A stretch of DNA of 64,000 nucleotides, taken from the NCBI GenBank assembly GCA_963708075.1, contig OY970194.1:7232001-7296000 (forward strand). The letters are read 5' to 3'. Under the pieces are notes generated by a model. It was given only the letters and a program-made list of their open reading frames with translations. It had not been told where the DNA came from and searched no databases. Within the stretch, counting starts at the first letter, position 1, and each line of letters starts with the position of its first letter. Below, in pieces: positions 1 to 10,412 of the stretch. A program made the translations under genes and the position numbers. This DNA is from Sedimentisphaerales bacterium (GTDB lineage: Bacteria > Planctomycetota > Phycisphaerae > Sedimentisphaerales > Anaerobacaceae).

Positions 1-660
1 CGCATTTTCGCGTGGTCGGTTGCGATCTTCGCGATCCTCAGTATCGTGATCGCCAGTTGTTCTACCACCGATCCGAGCAGCCGACAGCAGGCTCGCGGTT
101 CGAGCCTTGGCGGGCAGGGTGATCCCCCAGACGCCCAAGGCGATCCCAATTCGTCATCCGCCAGTGTAGAGAGCGGCAAGGGGCTCTTCGTCACGCTCGG
201 TTGCATGGGCTGCCACGTGGTCAACGGCAAGGGCGGCCTGGCCGGATCCGACCTCTCCAACGAGGCCAATAAGGGTCGGTCGCGGGAGTGGCTTGAGACG
301 AAGATTCGCAATCCCAAGGCGGATGACCCGCAAACGCTAATGCCCGCGTACGCCACACTATCGGACGAGCAGGTCAACGATCTGGTAGACTATATGCTGA
401 GCCTCAGGACCACGGGTGGGCAGGCCGGCGCAACAGCCACGAGGACCACAGAAGGCCGGCCGACCGCATCGGTCGCTTCCTCAGTAACCACCGGGGGGAT
501 CATGTGGTCGCGGAGGTGCAGACAATGTCACGATCTCAGGCCGCCATCAGAATACAGCGACGCCCAATGGGCGGTTACCGTCCACCACATGAGAGTGCGC
601 GTCCCGCTAACCGGTGGGGAGCAGAGAGACATACTCGCGTTTCTCCAGGCGAGTAACTGA
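1..660 (+). CDS. Diheme cytochrome c, probable lipoprotein (5' truncated)
   Basis: Frame is open from base 1. Hydrophobic RIFAWSVAIFAILSIVIAS-C resembles a lipoprotein signal. Two CxxCH motifs (CMGCH, CRQCH). Confidence 0.85.
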   Translation, partial: RIFAWSVAIFAILSIVIASCSTTDPSSRQQARGSSLGGQGDPPDAQGDPNSSSASVESGKGLFVTLGCMGCHVVNGKGGLAGSDLSNEANKGRSREWLETKIRNPKADDPQTLMPAYATLSDEQVNDLVDYMLSLRTTGGQAGATATRTTEGRPTASVASSVTTGGIMWSRRCRQCHDLRPPSEYSDAQWAVTVHHMRVRVPLTGGEQRDILAFLQASN

Positions 661-718
661 ACTGTCCGGTTCAACCGAGCCTCATGCCAGGCAGATCGAC
701 TGCAAGCGACGAATCATT

Positions 719-1255
719 ATGGACGATTTGAACATGTGGTGTCGCCGTAGAAAGCCACGCGCATCCCGCCGGGGATTCCTGAGGCTGGCGATGGGGATTG
801 TGTCGGCGAGTATCAGCTTGCTTTTGGGAATCCCTTTCGTGGTGGCTCTCATTGCGCCCACCTACAGAAAGAGCCTGTCGCCTTACGCCAAGGTAGGCGA
901 AGTGGGCCCGCTGCCGAAAGAGCAGCCTATCCGTCTGAGATTTCAGTTTCAGGGCACGGATGCCTTCATTCGGCAGACGGTGACGCACGAGGCCTGGGTC
1001 GTCAAACACTCCGACAGCGATCTTACCGTATTTTCGCCGATCTGTACCCATCTGGGCTGCCATTACGACTGGGTCCCATCGGCCAACGAGTTCCTCTGCC
1101 CCTGTCACGACAGCTATTTCTCGATTACGGGCAAGGTCCTCGCGGGTCCCGCGCCGCGTCCTCTCGATACACTCCCTTATCGCATCGAAAACGGGCTCCT
1201 CTACGTGAAGTGGGAAAGGTTCCAGGCCGGAATCCCGGAGAAGATACTTGTTTAG
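719..1255 (+). CDS. Rieske 2Fe-2S subunit of a cytochrome bc complex
   Basis: Tat motif SRRGFLR plus TM helix. Rieske boxes CTHLGC and CPCHDS, followed by GPAPRPL. Confidence 0.93.
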   Translation: MDDLNMWCRRRKPRASRRGFLRLAMGIVSASISLLLGIPFVVALIAPTYRKSLSPYAKVGEVGPLPKEQPIRLRFQFQGTDAFIRQTVTHEAWVVKHSDSDLTVFSPICTHLGCHYDWVPSANEFLCPCHDSYFSITGKVLAGPAPRPLDTLPYRIENGLLYVKWERFQAGIPEKILV

Positions 1256-1264
1256 GGTGCCGCG

Positions 1265-3274
1265 ATGTGGGCGTCAGTTAAAACGTGGATCAATGATCGG
1301 TTGCCCGTGTCCGCCATCGTTCGCTGGGGTCTGGAAGAGGATATCCCCGGAGGGTCCAGCTTTGCCTACGTCTTTGGCAGCGCGAACCTCCTCCTCTTGC
1401 TGCTACTTGCCATCACGGGGGTCCTGCAACTATTCTACTATGTACCGACGACGGACCATGCCTACGAAAGCGTGATGTACGTGCGCTTGCAGGTGCCGTT
1501 CGGATGGCTCGTCCATGGATTGCATTACTGGTGTGCGCAGGCTTTCGTCGTATTAGTCGGCGTGCACATGGCCCGGGTCTTTATCTGGGGTGCATACAAG
1601 AATCCCCGCCAGGTGACGTGGATAACAGGCGTGCTTCTCCTGCTGCTGGTTGCGGCCATAGCTTTTACGGGGCCGCTCCTTGCCTGGGATCAACTGGGGT
1701 ACTGGGCGGCCGAGGTCGGGACCAGCATCGCCGGCACGGTCCCATGGATCGGCGACTTTCTGCAGCGGTTTACCCGAGGCGGCGAGACCATGGGCCAGCA
1801 GACACTGTCGAGGTTCTTCATTTTTCACGTGGCCATTCTGCCGACCCTGCTTTTCGCCCTCATTGTCATCCACTTGGCAGCGTTCCGGCAATTCGGCAGC
1901 GCCGGGTCGTGGGAGGCGGAGAAACGCAAGCAGACCGGCAAGTTCTGGCCGGACCAGGCGTATAAAGATATCCTGGTCACTTCTCTTGTCATTATCGCTT
2001 TGGCAGGTCTTTGCGTCTTCTGGCGAGCACCTATAACTGGTGTTGCGGACCCTCTGGGCAGGTCTGTCACCCCGAAGCCGGCATGGAACTTCCTGTTCCT
2101 CTACCAGGCGCTGAAGTCGTTCAAAGGGCCATGGGAGGTTGTCGGAACGGTCGGCGTGCCCCTGGTGCTGATCCTGCTGCTGTTCTTTGTGCCATTTTAC
2201 GATCGTAACCCGGAGCGAAATCCCCGTAAACGCCCGATCGCCATGGCGGGCGGGACCGCTCTCGTCGCCTTGATCCTCGTGTTGACCGTGTTGGGGCAAC
2301 TCTCTCATCCGCTGGCACAAGGGACGAGCGCCGGGCCGGGCTCGCCGAGAGGAGTCCCTCCTGGACAACGGGCACGAGCCGAGACCAATATTTCGGCGGA
2401 GTCCAACAAGTCCGGCATCGCTCCATCCGAGAAAGCCGCTTCCGCCAGCATTCAGAAAGGGCAGGAACTCTACCAATCCCAGGGATGTGCGCCATGCCAC
2501 AAGATCAACGGACAGGGCGGTACTGCAGGTCCCGATCTTTCCGACGAAGGAAACAAAGGAAGGTCCGCCGATTGGCTCGCCACGCAGATTCGCAATCCGA
2601 AAGCGAATGACGCCGCTTCGACTATGCCAGCCTACCCTTCCCTCAATCAAGAGCAAGTCGAGAACCTGGTCGCCTACCTGCTCAGTCTTCGGGCCGGGGG
2701 CGCCCAAATGGCGGGTGAGCAAAAGGAGACGCCGCCGGTCGCCATGGGTATGGAAAGCCGGCAGTTGCCGGCCTCCGGCCAGCAGGGACCTCCGGGAGAG
2801 GCGGCGACACTCATCGGCGGCGTGAGACTCGGGCGCGCGTTGTTCGCAGACTACTGCAGCTCCTGCCACAGCTCCGAAGGTACAGGCAAAGTCCCCAATC
2901 CGGGCTCGGAGAAAGGAATCGTGCCGGGCTTGAATCCCATTGACCCGAACCTCTGGAGTGATGACCCATCAGTCTTTGCGGTGAAGATCGACAGAATCAT
3001 TCAGCACGGTTCCGTCCAGAAGGGCCCTCATCCGGCCATCTACATGCCGGCGTATGGCGATGGCATGACTCTCACGCAGCCGCAGATCGCCGCCATAGAG
3101 GCGTATGTCCTGGGCCTGAATGGTGTCGATCGAGCCAAGATCATCCATCCGGGCGTGTCGCCGGAGCGTTTCTTCCTATGGACGATAGTTGCATTCGGTG
3201 CAATCTGCGCGATGGCGGTCATTCACTTCCTCGTCAGAAAGCGAGGTTCAAGGCAAACATATGAGACCACTTGA
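1265..3274 (+). CDS. Cytochrome b (b6 + subunit IV-like) fused to two cytochrome c domains
   Basis: Heme b His pairs (LHYW...VHM; FHV...IHL), LAWDQLGYWA, CxxCH motifs CAPCH and CSSCH, C-terminal TM. Confidence 0.93.
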   Translation: MWASVKTWINDRLPVSAIVRWGLEEDIPGGSSFAYVFGSANLLLLLLLAITGVLQLFYYVPTTDHAYESVMYVRLQVPFGWLVHGLHYWCAQAFVVLVGVHMARVFIWGAYKNPRQVTWITGVLLLLLVAAIAFTGPLLAWDQLGYWAAEVGTSIAGTVPWIGDFLQRFTRGGETMGQQTLSRFFIFHVAILPTLLFALIVIHLAAFRQFGSAGSWEAEKRKQTGKFWPDQAYKDILVTSLVIIALAGLCVFWRAPITGVADPLGRSVTPKPAWNFLFLYQALKSFKGPWEVVGTVGVPLVLILLLFFVPFYDRNPERNPRKRPIAMAGGTALVALILVLTVLGQLSHPLAQGTSAGPGSPRGVPPGQRARAETNISAESNKSGIAPSEKAASASIQKGQELYQSQGCAPCHKINGQGGTAGPDLSDEGNKGRSADWLATQIRNPKANDAASTMPAYPSLNQEQVENLVAYLLSLRAGGAQMAGEQKETPPVAMGMESRQLPASGQQGPPGEAATLIGGVRLGRALFADYCSSCHSSEGTGKVPNPGSEKGIVPGLNPIDPNLWSDDPSVFAVKIDRIIQHGSVQKGPHPAIYMPAYGDGMTLTQPQIAAIEAYVLGLNGVDRAKIIHPGVSPERFFLWTIVAFGAICAMAVIHFLVRKRGSRQTYETT

Positions 3275-4061
3275 AGGACAAACGGCGCTGGTCACCGGCG
3301 CCAGCTCCGGCATCGGGGCCGGGGTGGCCAGAGCCATGGCCGCCGCCGGAGCGAACGTCGGAGTGAATTACACCGCCGACGAGAAGAAGGCGGACCGTAT
3401 AGTAAGCGACATCACCAGTGCGGGTGGCCGGGCCATCGCGCTGCGAGCCGATGTCGACCGGGAGGATCAGGTGGTCGCCATGTTCCAAAAGCTCATGGCT
3501 GAATACGGAACCATCGATATCCTGGTGAGCAACGCGGGGATTCAGCGAGATTCTGCGTTCGCGGATATGACCCTGGAACAATGGAACGCTGTCCTCGGCG
3601 TCAATCTCACCGGCAGCTTTCTTTGTGCCCGGGAAGCGGTCAAAGAATTCCTGCGCCGAGGAGTCATTCCGGAACGCTCGAAGGCGGCCGGCAAGATCAT
3701 CTTCACGAGTTCCGTGCACGAGGTGATTCCCTGGGCCGGTCACGCCAATTATGCCAGCTCCAAGGGCGGCATGATGCTGCTGATGAAGACGATCGCCCAG
3801 GAATTGGCCCCGCAGAAAATCCGTGTCAACAGTATCGGCCCGGGTGCCATCAAAACGCCGATCAATGAGTCGGTCTGGAGCGATCCGGCGGGGGCCGCGT
3901 CCATGTGCAAGCTCATCCCCTACGGCAGGATCGGCGAGACGACCGATGTCGCGCCGGTGGCCGTGTGGCTGGCCTCCGACGCGGCGGATTACATCACCGG
4001 AACCACAATTTTCGTGGACGGTGGGATGCTGCTGTACCCGGGTTTCAGGACAGGGGGATGA
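3261..4061 (+). CDS. Glucose 1-dehydrogenase-like SDR oxidoreductase
   Basis: TGASSGIG, NAG, SSVHEVIPW, YASSK; overlaps the upstream stop. Confidence 0.9.
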   Translation: MRPLEGQTALVTGASSGIGAGVARAMAAAGANVGVNYTADEKKADRIVSDITSAGGRAIALRADVDREDQVVAMFQKLMAEYGTIDILVSNAGIQRDSAFADMTLEQWNAVLGVNLTGSFLCAREAVKEFLRRGVIPERSKAAGKIIFTSSVHEVIPWAGHANYASSKGGMMLLMKTIAQELAPQKIRVNSIGPGAIKTPINESVWSDPAGAASMCKLIPYGRIGETTDVAPVAVWLASDAADYITGTTIFVDGGMLLYPGFRTGG

Positions 4062-4139
4062 AATCGGCAGGGGGCGCAGGTCCGTGCGGGTCAGCAACTC
4101 TGTAGAGCGACAGACACAATTTGATGGAAGGTGTTGGAA

Positions 4140-4895
4140 ATGATCACAAGTGAGGCGCTGCAAGCACAAACGCCCGAGACCGACCGGGATACGGCTCGCA
4201 TGGCTCCATTCCTGTCTACAAGGAAAGAAGCGATCCTGGAAGTCCTGGTGTTCCTTTTTCTCATTGTACCCTCCATGGTGCTTTCCTTCTTCGTGACCCG
4301 CCAGGGAAAGCTGAACTTCGTGTTTGTGTCGATCTCCACGATTCTTCGGGATTTGGCCCTGGTCGGCCTGATCCTCTTCTTCCTCTGGCGTAACGGCGAG
4401 CCGCTGAGCGTGATCGGATGGAGATCCAGGCATCTCACGCGCGCCATCCTGCTTGGAGTTGCGCTCTACTTTCCCTTTCTACTCGTCATCAGCCAGGTGG
4501 AGCAGTTATTGAGTGCGGCAGGGCTGTCTCAGCCTTCCGTACCCGCCCCTGCCCTCTTCGATATCCGGGGACGCTGGGAGATTGCCTTGGCGGTGGTTCT
4601 GGTGGCGGTGGTGGCCATTTCCGAGGAGACGATCTTTCGCGGGTACCTGATGGCTCGCCTGCAGGTCGCCACGAAGAGCACGACAGTGGCGGTGCTGCTA
4701 TCGGCAGTGATCTTCGCTCTGGGACACGGATATGAGGGCTCTCTGGGCGTGGCCACCGTGGGAGTCATGGGACTCATATTCAGCCTGCTCTACCTGTGGA
4801 CGAAGAGCCTCGTCACGCCGACCGTTCTGCACTTCCTTCAGGATTTCATCGCCATCGTCGTGCTTCGCTATCTGCACGGGGCCTCACCCGCCTGA
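4140..4895 (+). CDS. CPBP (CAAX/Abi) intramembrane metalloprotease
   Basis: EETIFRG, FALGH and HFLQD motifs; multiple TM helices. Start uncertain. Confidence 0.88.
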   Translation: MITSEALQAQTPETDRDTARMAPFLSTRKEAILEVLVFLFLIVPSMVLSFFVTRQGKLNFVFVSISTILRDLALVGLILFFLWRNGEPLSVIGWRSRHLTRAILLGVALYFPFLLVISQVEQLLSAAGLSQPSVPAPALFDIRGRWEIALAVVLVAVVAISEETIFRGYLMARLQVATKSTTVAVLLSAVIFALGHGYEGSLGVATVGVMGLIFSLLYLWTKSLVTPTVLHFLQDFIAIVVLRYLHGASPA

Positions 4896-4921
4896 TAACC
4901 TCGGACCGGGAGTCTCATGCC

Positions 4922-6474
4922 GTGAAGTCCGATGCTCGTATTCTGTGCATCGTGTGGCTGTTCACAACATTCTTTGTCTGCCTCGCAAGCAGTCAAGATG
5001 AACGGAATCGATCCGCCATCCAGCCGGCCGTGCGCCCCGTCCAAAATGACAAGGACGAGCGTTCTCTGCGGGACGCCACTGTGACTGACCACGCTATCGT
5101 CGCGGACGGGGCCACGATCAACTACAGGGCGACCGCGGGATACGTGCCGGTCCGGGGGGAGTCGGACAGGGTGATTGCGGACATGTTCTTCGTGGCCTAT
5201 GAGCGGCAGGATGCGACTTCACGGGGGGCGGCCCGGCCCGTCACGTTTGCCTTCAACGGCGGTCCCGGCTCCTCGGCAGTCTGGCTGCACATGGGCGGTG
5301 TCGGTCCGAAACGCGCCCTGCTGGCCAAGGACGGCACGGCTCTGCCCCTCTCGGAAAAAATGGTGGACAACGAGTATACGTGGCTGGAATTCACCGACCT
5401 TGTCTTCGTGGACCCTGTCGGCAGCGGGTTCAGCCGGGCGGCGCCGGGCGTCGATGCAAGGCCGTTCTACGAGGTCCAGGAGGATATTGAGCTAGCCTCG
5501 GATTTCGTCCGCTCGTTCGTGACGGAGCATGAGCGGTGGCTGTCGCCCCAATACATCGCCGGCGAGAGTTATGGAGCGGCCAGGGCCGCCGGCATGGTCA
5601 GATACCTCCAGGACCACTACGGCCTCTATATCGACGGCCTCGTGCTTTTGTCGCCGGCCCTGAACATGGGGGCGATCAGCTTCGATCCCGGCAACGATCT
5701 GCCCTATGTCCTCAGCGTGCCCTCCTATGCGGCGGCGGCACAATACCACGGCCGGCTGGGGGAGAGAACGCCGCGGGACTTCGAGCGGACTCAGGAAAAG
5801 GTGAAGGCGTGGGTCCTGCAGGAATACATCGGTGCGCTGGTCAGGGGAGCTCGCTCCGTGAAACCGAATTCCGGCAATTTGCCGACAGGCTGGCGGAATG
5901 CACGGGTCTTCCCGAGGGAGTCATTGCGGCCAACCATTTGCGGATCAGCAACGGGGACTTCCTTCGGGAGTTGCTTCGGTTCCATGGCCGGATGCTCGGC
6001 TTGCTGGACAGCCGCGTCGCCGTGGGCGATGTCGAGTCCGGCCGGCGCCCGTGGACCGACCCGTCACTGTTTGTGGCCCAGGGACCCTTTGTCGCCACGT
6101 TCAATGACTACATTCGATCCGAGCTGGGCTTCAAAACCGATCTGCCCTATGTGTTCCTGTCGGAGGAGGCGAATCGGGTATGGAACTGGGGTGAGGGCAA
6201 ACGCGGTTATCTCAACGTCGCCCCGACGCTCGCCGAGGCGATGAATCTGGACAATCGTCTCCGAGTTTTCAACGCCGCCGGATACTACGACCTGGCAACG
6301 CCGTACCTGAGCCAGGAGTATGTCCTCGACCATCTGCATCTACCTTCGAACCTCCGCGCCAACATCACGTTCAGAGTCTATCACTCCGGTCATCAAATCT
6401 ACACCTCCACGGAAGCCCTCCGCCAACTGACCAGCGACGTGCGAGCCTTCATGGCAGGCTCCGCCGCTCGCTGA
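4922..6474 (+). CDS. Serine carboxypeptidase S10 family (frameshift at ~5845)
   Basis: FNGGPGSS, DPVGSGFS and GESYG in the first frame; GYYDLATP and SGHQIY in the second. One extra G in the GGGG run at 5844-5847 joins them. Confidence 0.85.
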
Positions 6475-6586
6475 TCTCATCAAGATAGCTCTCTTGACGG
6501 CTCGGCCCGAATCAGGTACAGACTCGGTGTCGCGCCTCAGTGAACGTGGTTGCGCATTCTCAGGCAGGGCAGATACGGGGACAAAA

Positions 6587-7540
6587 ATGGATCGACGACA
6601 GTTCATACGCAGCTCTACGGCGGTGATCGCGCTGACGGGAGCAGGGGTACGGATCGGTAGCGCGGGGGAATCCGGGAAGCCGGGCATTCCGAGACGAACG
6701 CTGGGAAAGACCGATGAAAAGGTCAGCGTGCTGATTCTGGGCGGTGTCGCGGCGATGAAGGACCCGCCGACCGCGAGTTTCCATCCGGCCCAACTGGCGG
6801 AGGCCGCGTTGAACGCCGGCATCAATTACTTCGATACGGCCGCGGCATATGGCGACGGTCAGTCCGAGCGCAACTACGGCGAGGTACTTGCCACGCGCCG
6901 AAAGGAAGTCTTTCTCGCGACCAAGACAGGCGACCGTTCCTATGACAGTGCCATGCGCGGCGTCGAAGCCAGTCTCAAACGGCTGCGGACCGATCACGTG
7001 GACCTGCTCCAGGTCCACGGCGTCAGTGCCAAGGAGGATTTCGCCAGGTGGGACGAGCCTGACGGCATAATGAAGGCTCTGCACAAGCTGCGAGAGCAGA
7101 AGGTCACGCGATTCATCGGCGTGACGGGTCACGAGAGTGCGGAGGCGATGCGCCGGGCAATCGAGCTGTTCGACTTCGACACCATCCTGACCACCTTCAA
7201 TCCCACGGCCAGACGCTTGCCATTTCAGCAACTCGTCCTTCCCGTGGCACGGGAGAAGGGCATGGGCATCCTGGCGATGAAGGTCATGGGCGGTGGCTTT
7301 GGCTCGCTGGCGGTCGGCAATCCGCTCAAGAACGACCTCGATAAATACTGGTACCACGACCAGGCGCCAAGCCAGGCTGAGGCCGGGATGCTGATCCGCT
7401 ACGCGCTGGGGCTGGGTGTCTCAGCCGCCATCGTGGGCATGGGCTCGCTCGAACAATTGCGGGTCAACGTGGCCGCGGTATGCAATGGTCAGCCTCTTGA
7501 CGAAGCCCAGCGCAAAGAGTTGGAAAGACACATGGCCTGA
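6587..7540 (+). CDS. Tat-signal aldo/keto reductase
   Basis: DRRQFIR signal; YFDTAAAYG, ATK, LLQVH, FIGVTGH. Confidence 0.88.
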   Translation: MDRRQFIRSSTAVIALTGAGVRIGSAGESGKPGIPRRTLGKTDEKVSVLILGGVAAMKDPPTASFHPAQLAEAALNAGINYFDTAAAYGDGQSERNYGEVLATRRKEVFLATKTGDRSYDSAMRGVEASLKRLRTDHVDLLQVHGVSAKEDFARWDEPDGIMKALHKLREQKVTRFIGVTGHESAEAMRRAIELFDFDTILTTFNPTARRLPFQQLVLPVAREKGMGILAMKVMGGGFGSLAVGNPLKNDLDKYWYHDQAPSQAEAGMLIRYALGLGVSAAIVGMGSLEQLRVNVAAVCNGQPLDEAQRKELERHMA

Positions 7541-7562
7541 GGCCCTCCAACCGAGTTCCGCA

Positions 7563-8828
7563 TTATTCTTCGACAGCGATCTTCACCTTCTGGATCGCGT
7601 TGTGGCCGGACTTGGGGAAGGGGCGCGGCATGGGTTGGGCGACGCCGCCGGCGTCAATCGTGCGGCAACGGAGGTCGTAGGCGCCCGGCCGCTCGACCCT
7701 GAGGATCGCTGCCCAGTGGGCAATCGTGTTGCGGAGGGGCCAGACGTGCGGCTTGCCCGTCGCAGGATCGATCTGACGCGGGATGGACGGCAATCGTCCA
7801 TCGGGCAGCCCGCCGCCCCAGTGCTGTGGCGGAGGCAGGACCTCGGCATCTTTCCATTCAGCCGTGGCGAAATGCGGGTCGTCGGCCGCGAGGGGCTCTT
7901 CCTGCCGGTGCAGCCAGAACTGGACCTTGCTCAGGCCGGATGGGCCGACCTGTGCGACCCCCGTAATCGCCACCGGCTGGCCCGCCTTGATCTTGTCCGG
8001 CACCTGGATGAAACGGGCACAGGTCTTAATACGACTATCCGTGTCGTTATTCCAGGTCGCGTACGTGTCGTTTGACTGGGGATTGTTGGTCAGGACGATT
8101 CGCTGCAGCCATTTCACCGACTGGTTGCCATAGCCGTCCGGGACCAGCATTCGAACGGGTCCGCCGCGCTTGCTGGTCAGCCACTGCCCGTTGAGCTTGT
8201 AGCAGAGGATGACGGGATGCTCGCCCGGCGGGTCCTCCAGGACACGCCCGATCGGCAGCGAGCTTTGGAACCGCTGCTTCGGGTCGTCGTTGTGATAGCC
8301 GTAGTAGAACACGCGCCGGACGTTGCCGGTCGGATGCGCCAGCCACACCACCTCGCGCAGCGGCACGCCCTCCCACAGGCCCATGCCGCACGGACGCTGC
8401 CCGTTCGTGCACGACATCACGCTCAGGAATCGCACCGCGTGCTTCTCGGCGAGCTTCATGAGCCCGTCCCAGTCCAGGGCTGTTCCCGTCGCTTTGGATA
8501 GCGCCCGCTCCACCTGGGCATTGCTCTCCGGGTCCGGCACGACCTCCAATTGCCACGTCTCCCGCGTCAATCCCACCTCGCGCAGCTTCTCCGGCGGCAG
8601 CTCATACGGCGGCGGCTCACCCCGGCCAAATGAGATGAAATCCTCCTCACGAGTGAGATACTCCAACTTCGAAACCGCGTCACGCAACAGCCCTTGAGCA
8701 TCACCCTCACCGTCACCAGCCCACAGGGGCGAAGCACTCAAAGCGGCGACGCCTGCGGCGCCGAGGTGCAGGAAGTGTCGCCGCGTTACGTCCACGTGCT
8801 CTCTTGCCAATCGTTCGATGTGTTCCAT
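7563..8828 (-). CDS. Tat-signal molybdopterin oxidoreductase (sulfite oxidase family)
   Basis: TRRHFL signal; candidate Mo-ligand Cys in MSCTNG; WEGVPL, LNGQWL..RGGPVR, SVKWL; C-terminal dimerisation-like domain. Confidence 0.85.
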   Translation of the reverse strand: MEHIERLAREHVDVTRRHFLHLGAAGVAALSASPLWAGDGEGDAQGLLRDAVSKLEYLTREEDFISFGRGEPPPYELPPEKLREVGLTRETWQLEVVPDPESNAQVERALSKATGTALDWDGLMKLAEKHAVRFLSVMSCTNGQRPCGMGLWEGVPLREVVWLAHPTGNVRRVFYYGYHNDDPKQRFQSSLPIGRVLEDPPGEHPVILCYKLNGQWLTSKRGGPVRMLVPDGYGNQSVKWLQRIVLTNNPQSNDTYATWNNDTDSRIKTCARFIQVPDKIKAGQPVAITGVAQVGPSGLSKVQFWLHRQEEPLAADDPHFATAEWKDAEVLPPPQHWGGGLPDGRLPSIPRQIDPATGKPHVWPLRNTIAHWAAILRVERPGAYDLRCRTIDAGGVAQPMPRPFPKSGHNAIQKVKIAVEE

Positions 8829-8859
8829 GTGAATCCAGGCCTCAGAGTACGTCTTGCGG

Positions 8860-10203
8860 CTACCTCATCTCGTTGATCAGCGCCAGCGCCTGCTCGATCA
8901 TGACCTCGCCCGCGCCTTTCGCCAGGCGCGTGCCTGATTCCGGCTCGTAGCCGCCTTGTTCGTACGCCTGCGCGTGACACACGTATCCGACCACGTCATT
9001 GGCGAGCGTCACGACGAAGAGGTTCTCAATACCTGCCTTCCTCTTAATCGCCAATCCCACTTCCACCAGCACCTCTCCCGGCAGGCCCACGAGGTAAGTA
9101 CTCCCCAGCTTCAAGACCTGAATCTCCGTGGAGATACTCTCGTCGGAAGACGGCGTCGCCTTCACGGGAAGCGTAATCTCCCTGGTGGCCGCCGTGAGTG
9201 TGACATCGCCGACAGTGGGAGCCAACTGAAGCCTCTTCAACGCCTCGCCTCCGAGCGCCTTGCCCATCTGCTCACAGGGTCTTGGCCCCCGTTGGAGCGG
9301 CACCGCGTTCCCCGCCAGTCCGAGCGCAAAGAGGCTGATCCCGCCTTCCGCCTGCTCCACGACCCGCGTGGCATGCGCCGGATAGTCCGCCGACACGGTC
9401 GTGCTCAAATGCGGATAGATGCACACTGGATGGCAGCCGAAGCTGATAAGGGAGCCCACGATCCTGCCTTCCGCGTTCTCCATCCGCAGGGCGAAGACGG
9501 CAGGATCAACGGGGCCGAATTGCAATTGCGCCTGCGGCTCTGGAAGGACGAATGTCACTCTCGTGTCGCCCTCGCCGGACGTTTCTATCCTCTGCGTCGC
9601 CGCCACGTCGGCGGGCAGCGTGAACATCATCGGCGTCCGGCCCTTGTCGTTCGTCGGCCGGCGATTGTAGAGGATCTCGGGCAGCCTGCCCATCGCGGCG
9701 CCGATTCGCACGTCCTGCATATTGCGGCAGGCAATCGCCACGGCGTCGGCCATTTTCCGGACGAGCACCTGCAGATAGGCCTGATCGATCTGCGAAGGAT
9801 CAAGCCGGCCCTCGCGAGGCAGCTTCGAGCGGGTAAAGACTTCCGGGCCCGAGTGGGTATGAGTGGCGCAGACCATGACGTTCCGGCCGGGGATGCCGAG
9901 TTTCTCGCGGATTGCCGCTCGCACCGGGCTGGTGATCTCTTCGAGCGGCGCGTACAGGAGGTCGGCAGAGAGGATAGCGACGGTGTTCGAGCCGTCGCTG
10001 AGGACCATCGCCTTCGCGTACAGCTCATCCATGACGGCGTCGCTCGGCTTGCCTTGGGAGCCGATGAGCGTAATCCCCAGCGGCGGCGTGATATCGACCT
10101 TCGCACATGCCCCCTTGAGCCCGGCCCTCGCGGCGCCACAAACGAGACAGTTCAGTAGCAGAACGACAAAGATCGAACGTGTCAGCCTGAATGTAGTTTT
10201 CAT
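8860..10203 (-). CDS. Secreted neutral/alkaline ceramidase-like protein
   Basis: Signal peptide; DITPP, ATHTHSGP, CHP, SADYP, LPGE, LAND..GY motifs. Start uncertain. Confidence 0.75.
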   Translation of the reverse strand: MKTTFRLTRSIFVVLLLNCLVCGAARAGLKGACAKVDITPPLGITLIGSQGKPSDAVMDELYAKAMVLSDGSNTVAILSADLLYAPLEEITSPVRAAIREKLGIPGRNVMVCATHTHSGPEVFTRSKLPREGRLDPSQIDQAYLQVLVRKMADAVAIACRNMQDVRIGAAMGRLPEILYNRRPTNDKGRTPMMFTLPADVAATQRIETSGEGDTRVTFVLPEPQAQLQFGPVDPAVFALRMENAEGRIVGSLISFGCHPVCIYPHLSTTVSADYPAHATRVVEQAEGGISLFALGLAGNAVPLQRGPRPCEQMGKALGGEALKRLQLAPTVGDVTLTAATREITLPVKATPSSDESISTEIQVLKLGSTYLVGLPGEVLVEVGLAIKRKAGIENLFVVTLANDVVGYVCHAQAYEQGGYEPESGTRLAKGAGEVMIEQALALINEMR

Positions 10204-10412
10204 TGTCACGGCCATGCATCCCCTTTTCTGCTTTACGGTTTCTTGATGGTCCATTCTACTCCCAGTGCCGTACCCCCACCAGCCCGGATACATGCGGACT
10301 GTCCGAAAGCCGCTGCCTGGCCTGAAGCCGAGGGCATGGCTGGCGGCAGTTGCCTCCCGGCTGCCAAAGGTCCAAAATCCTACTATGCGGGTAGGTGATA
10401 TGATAACGTGGG

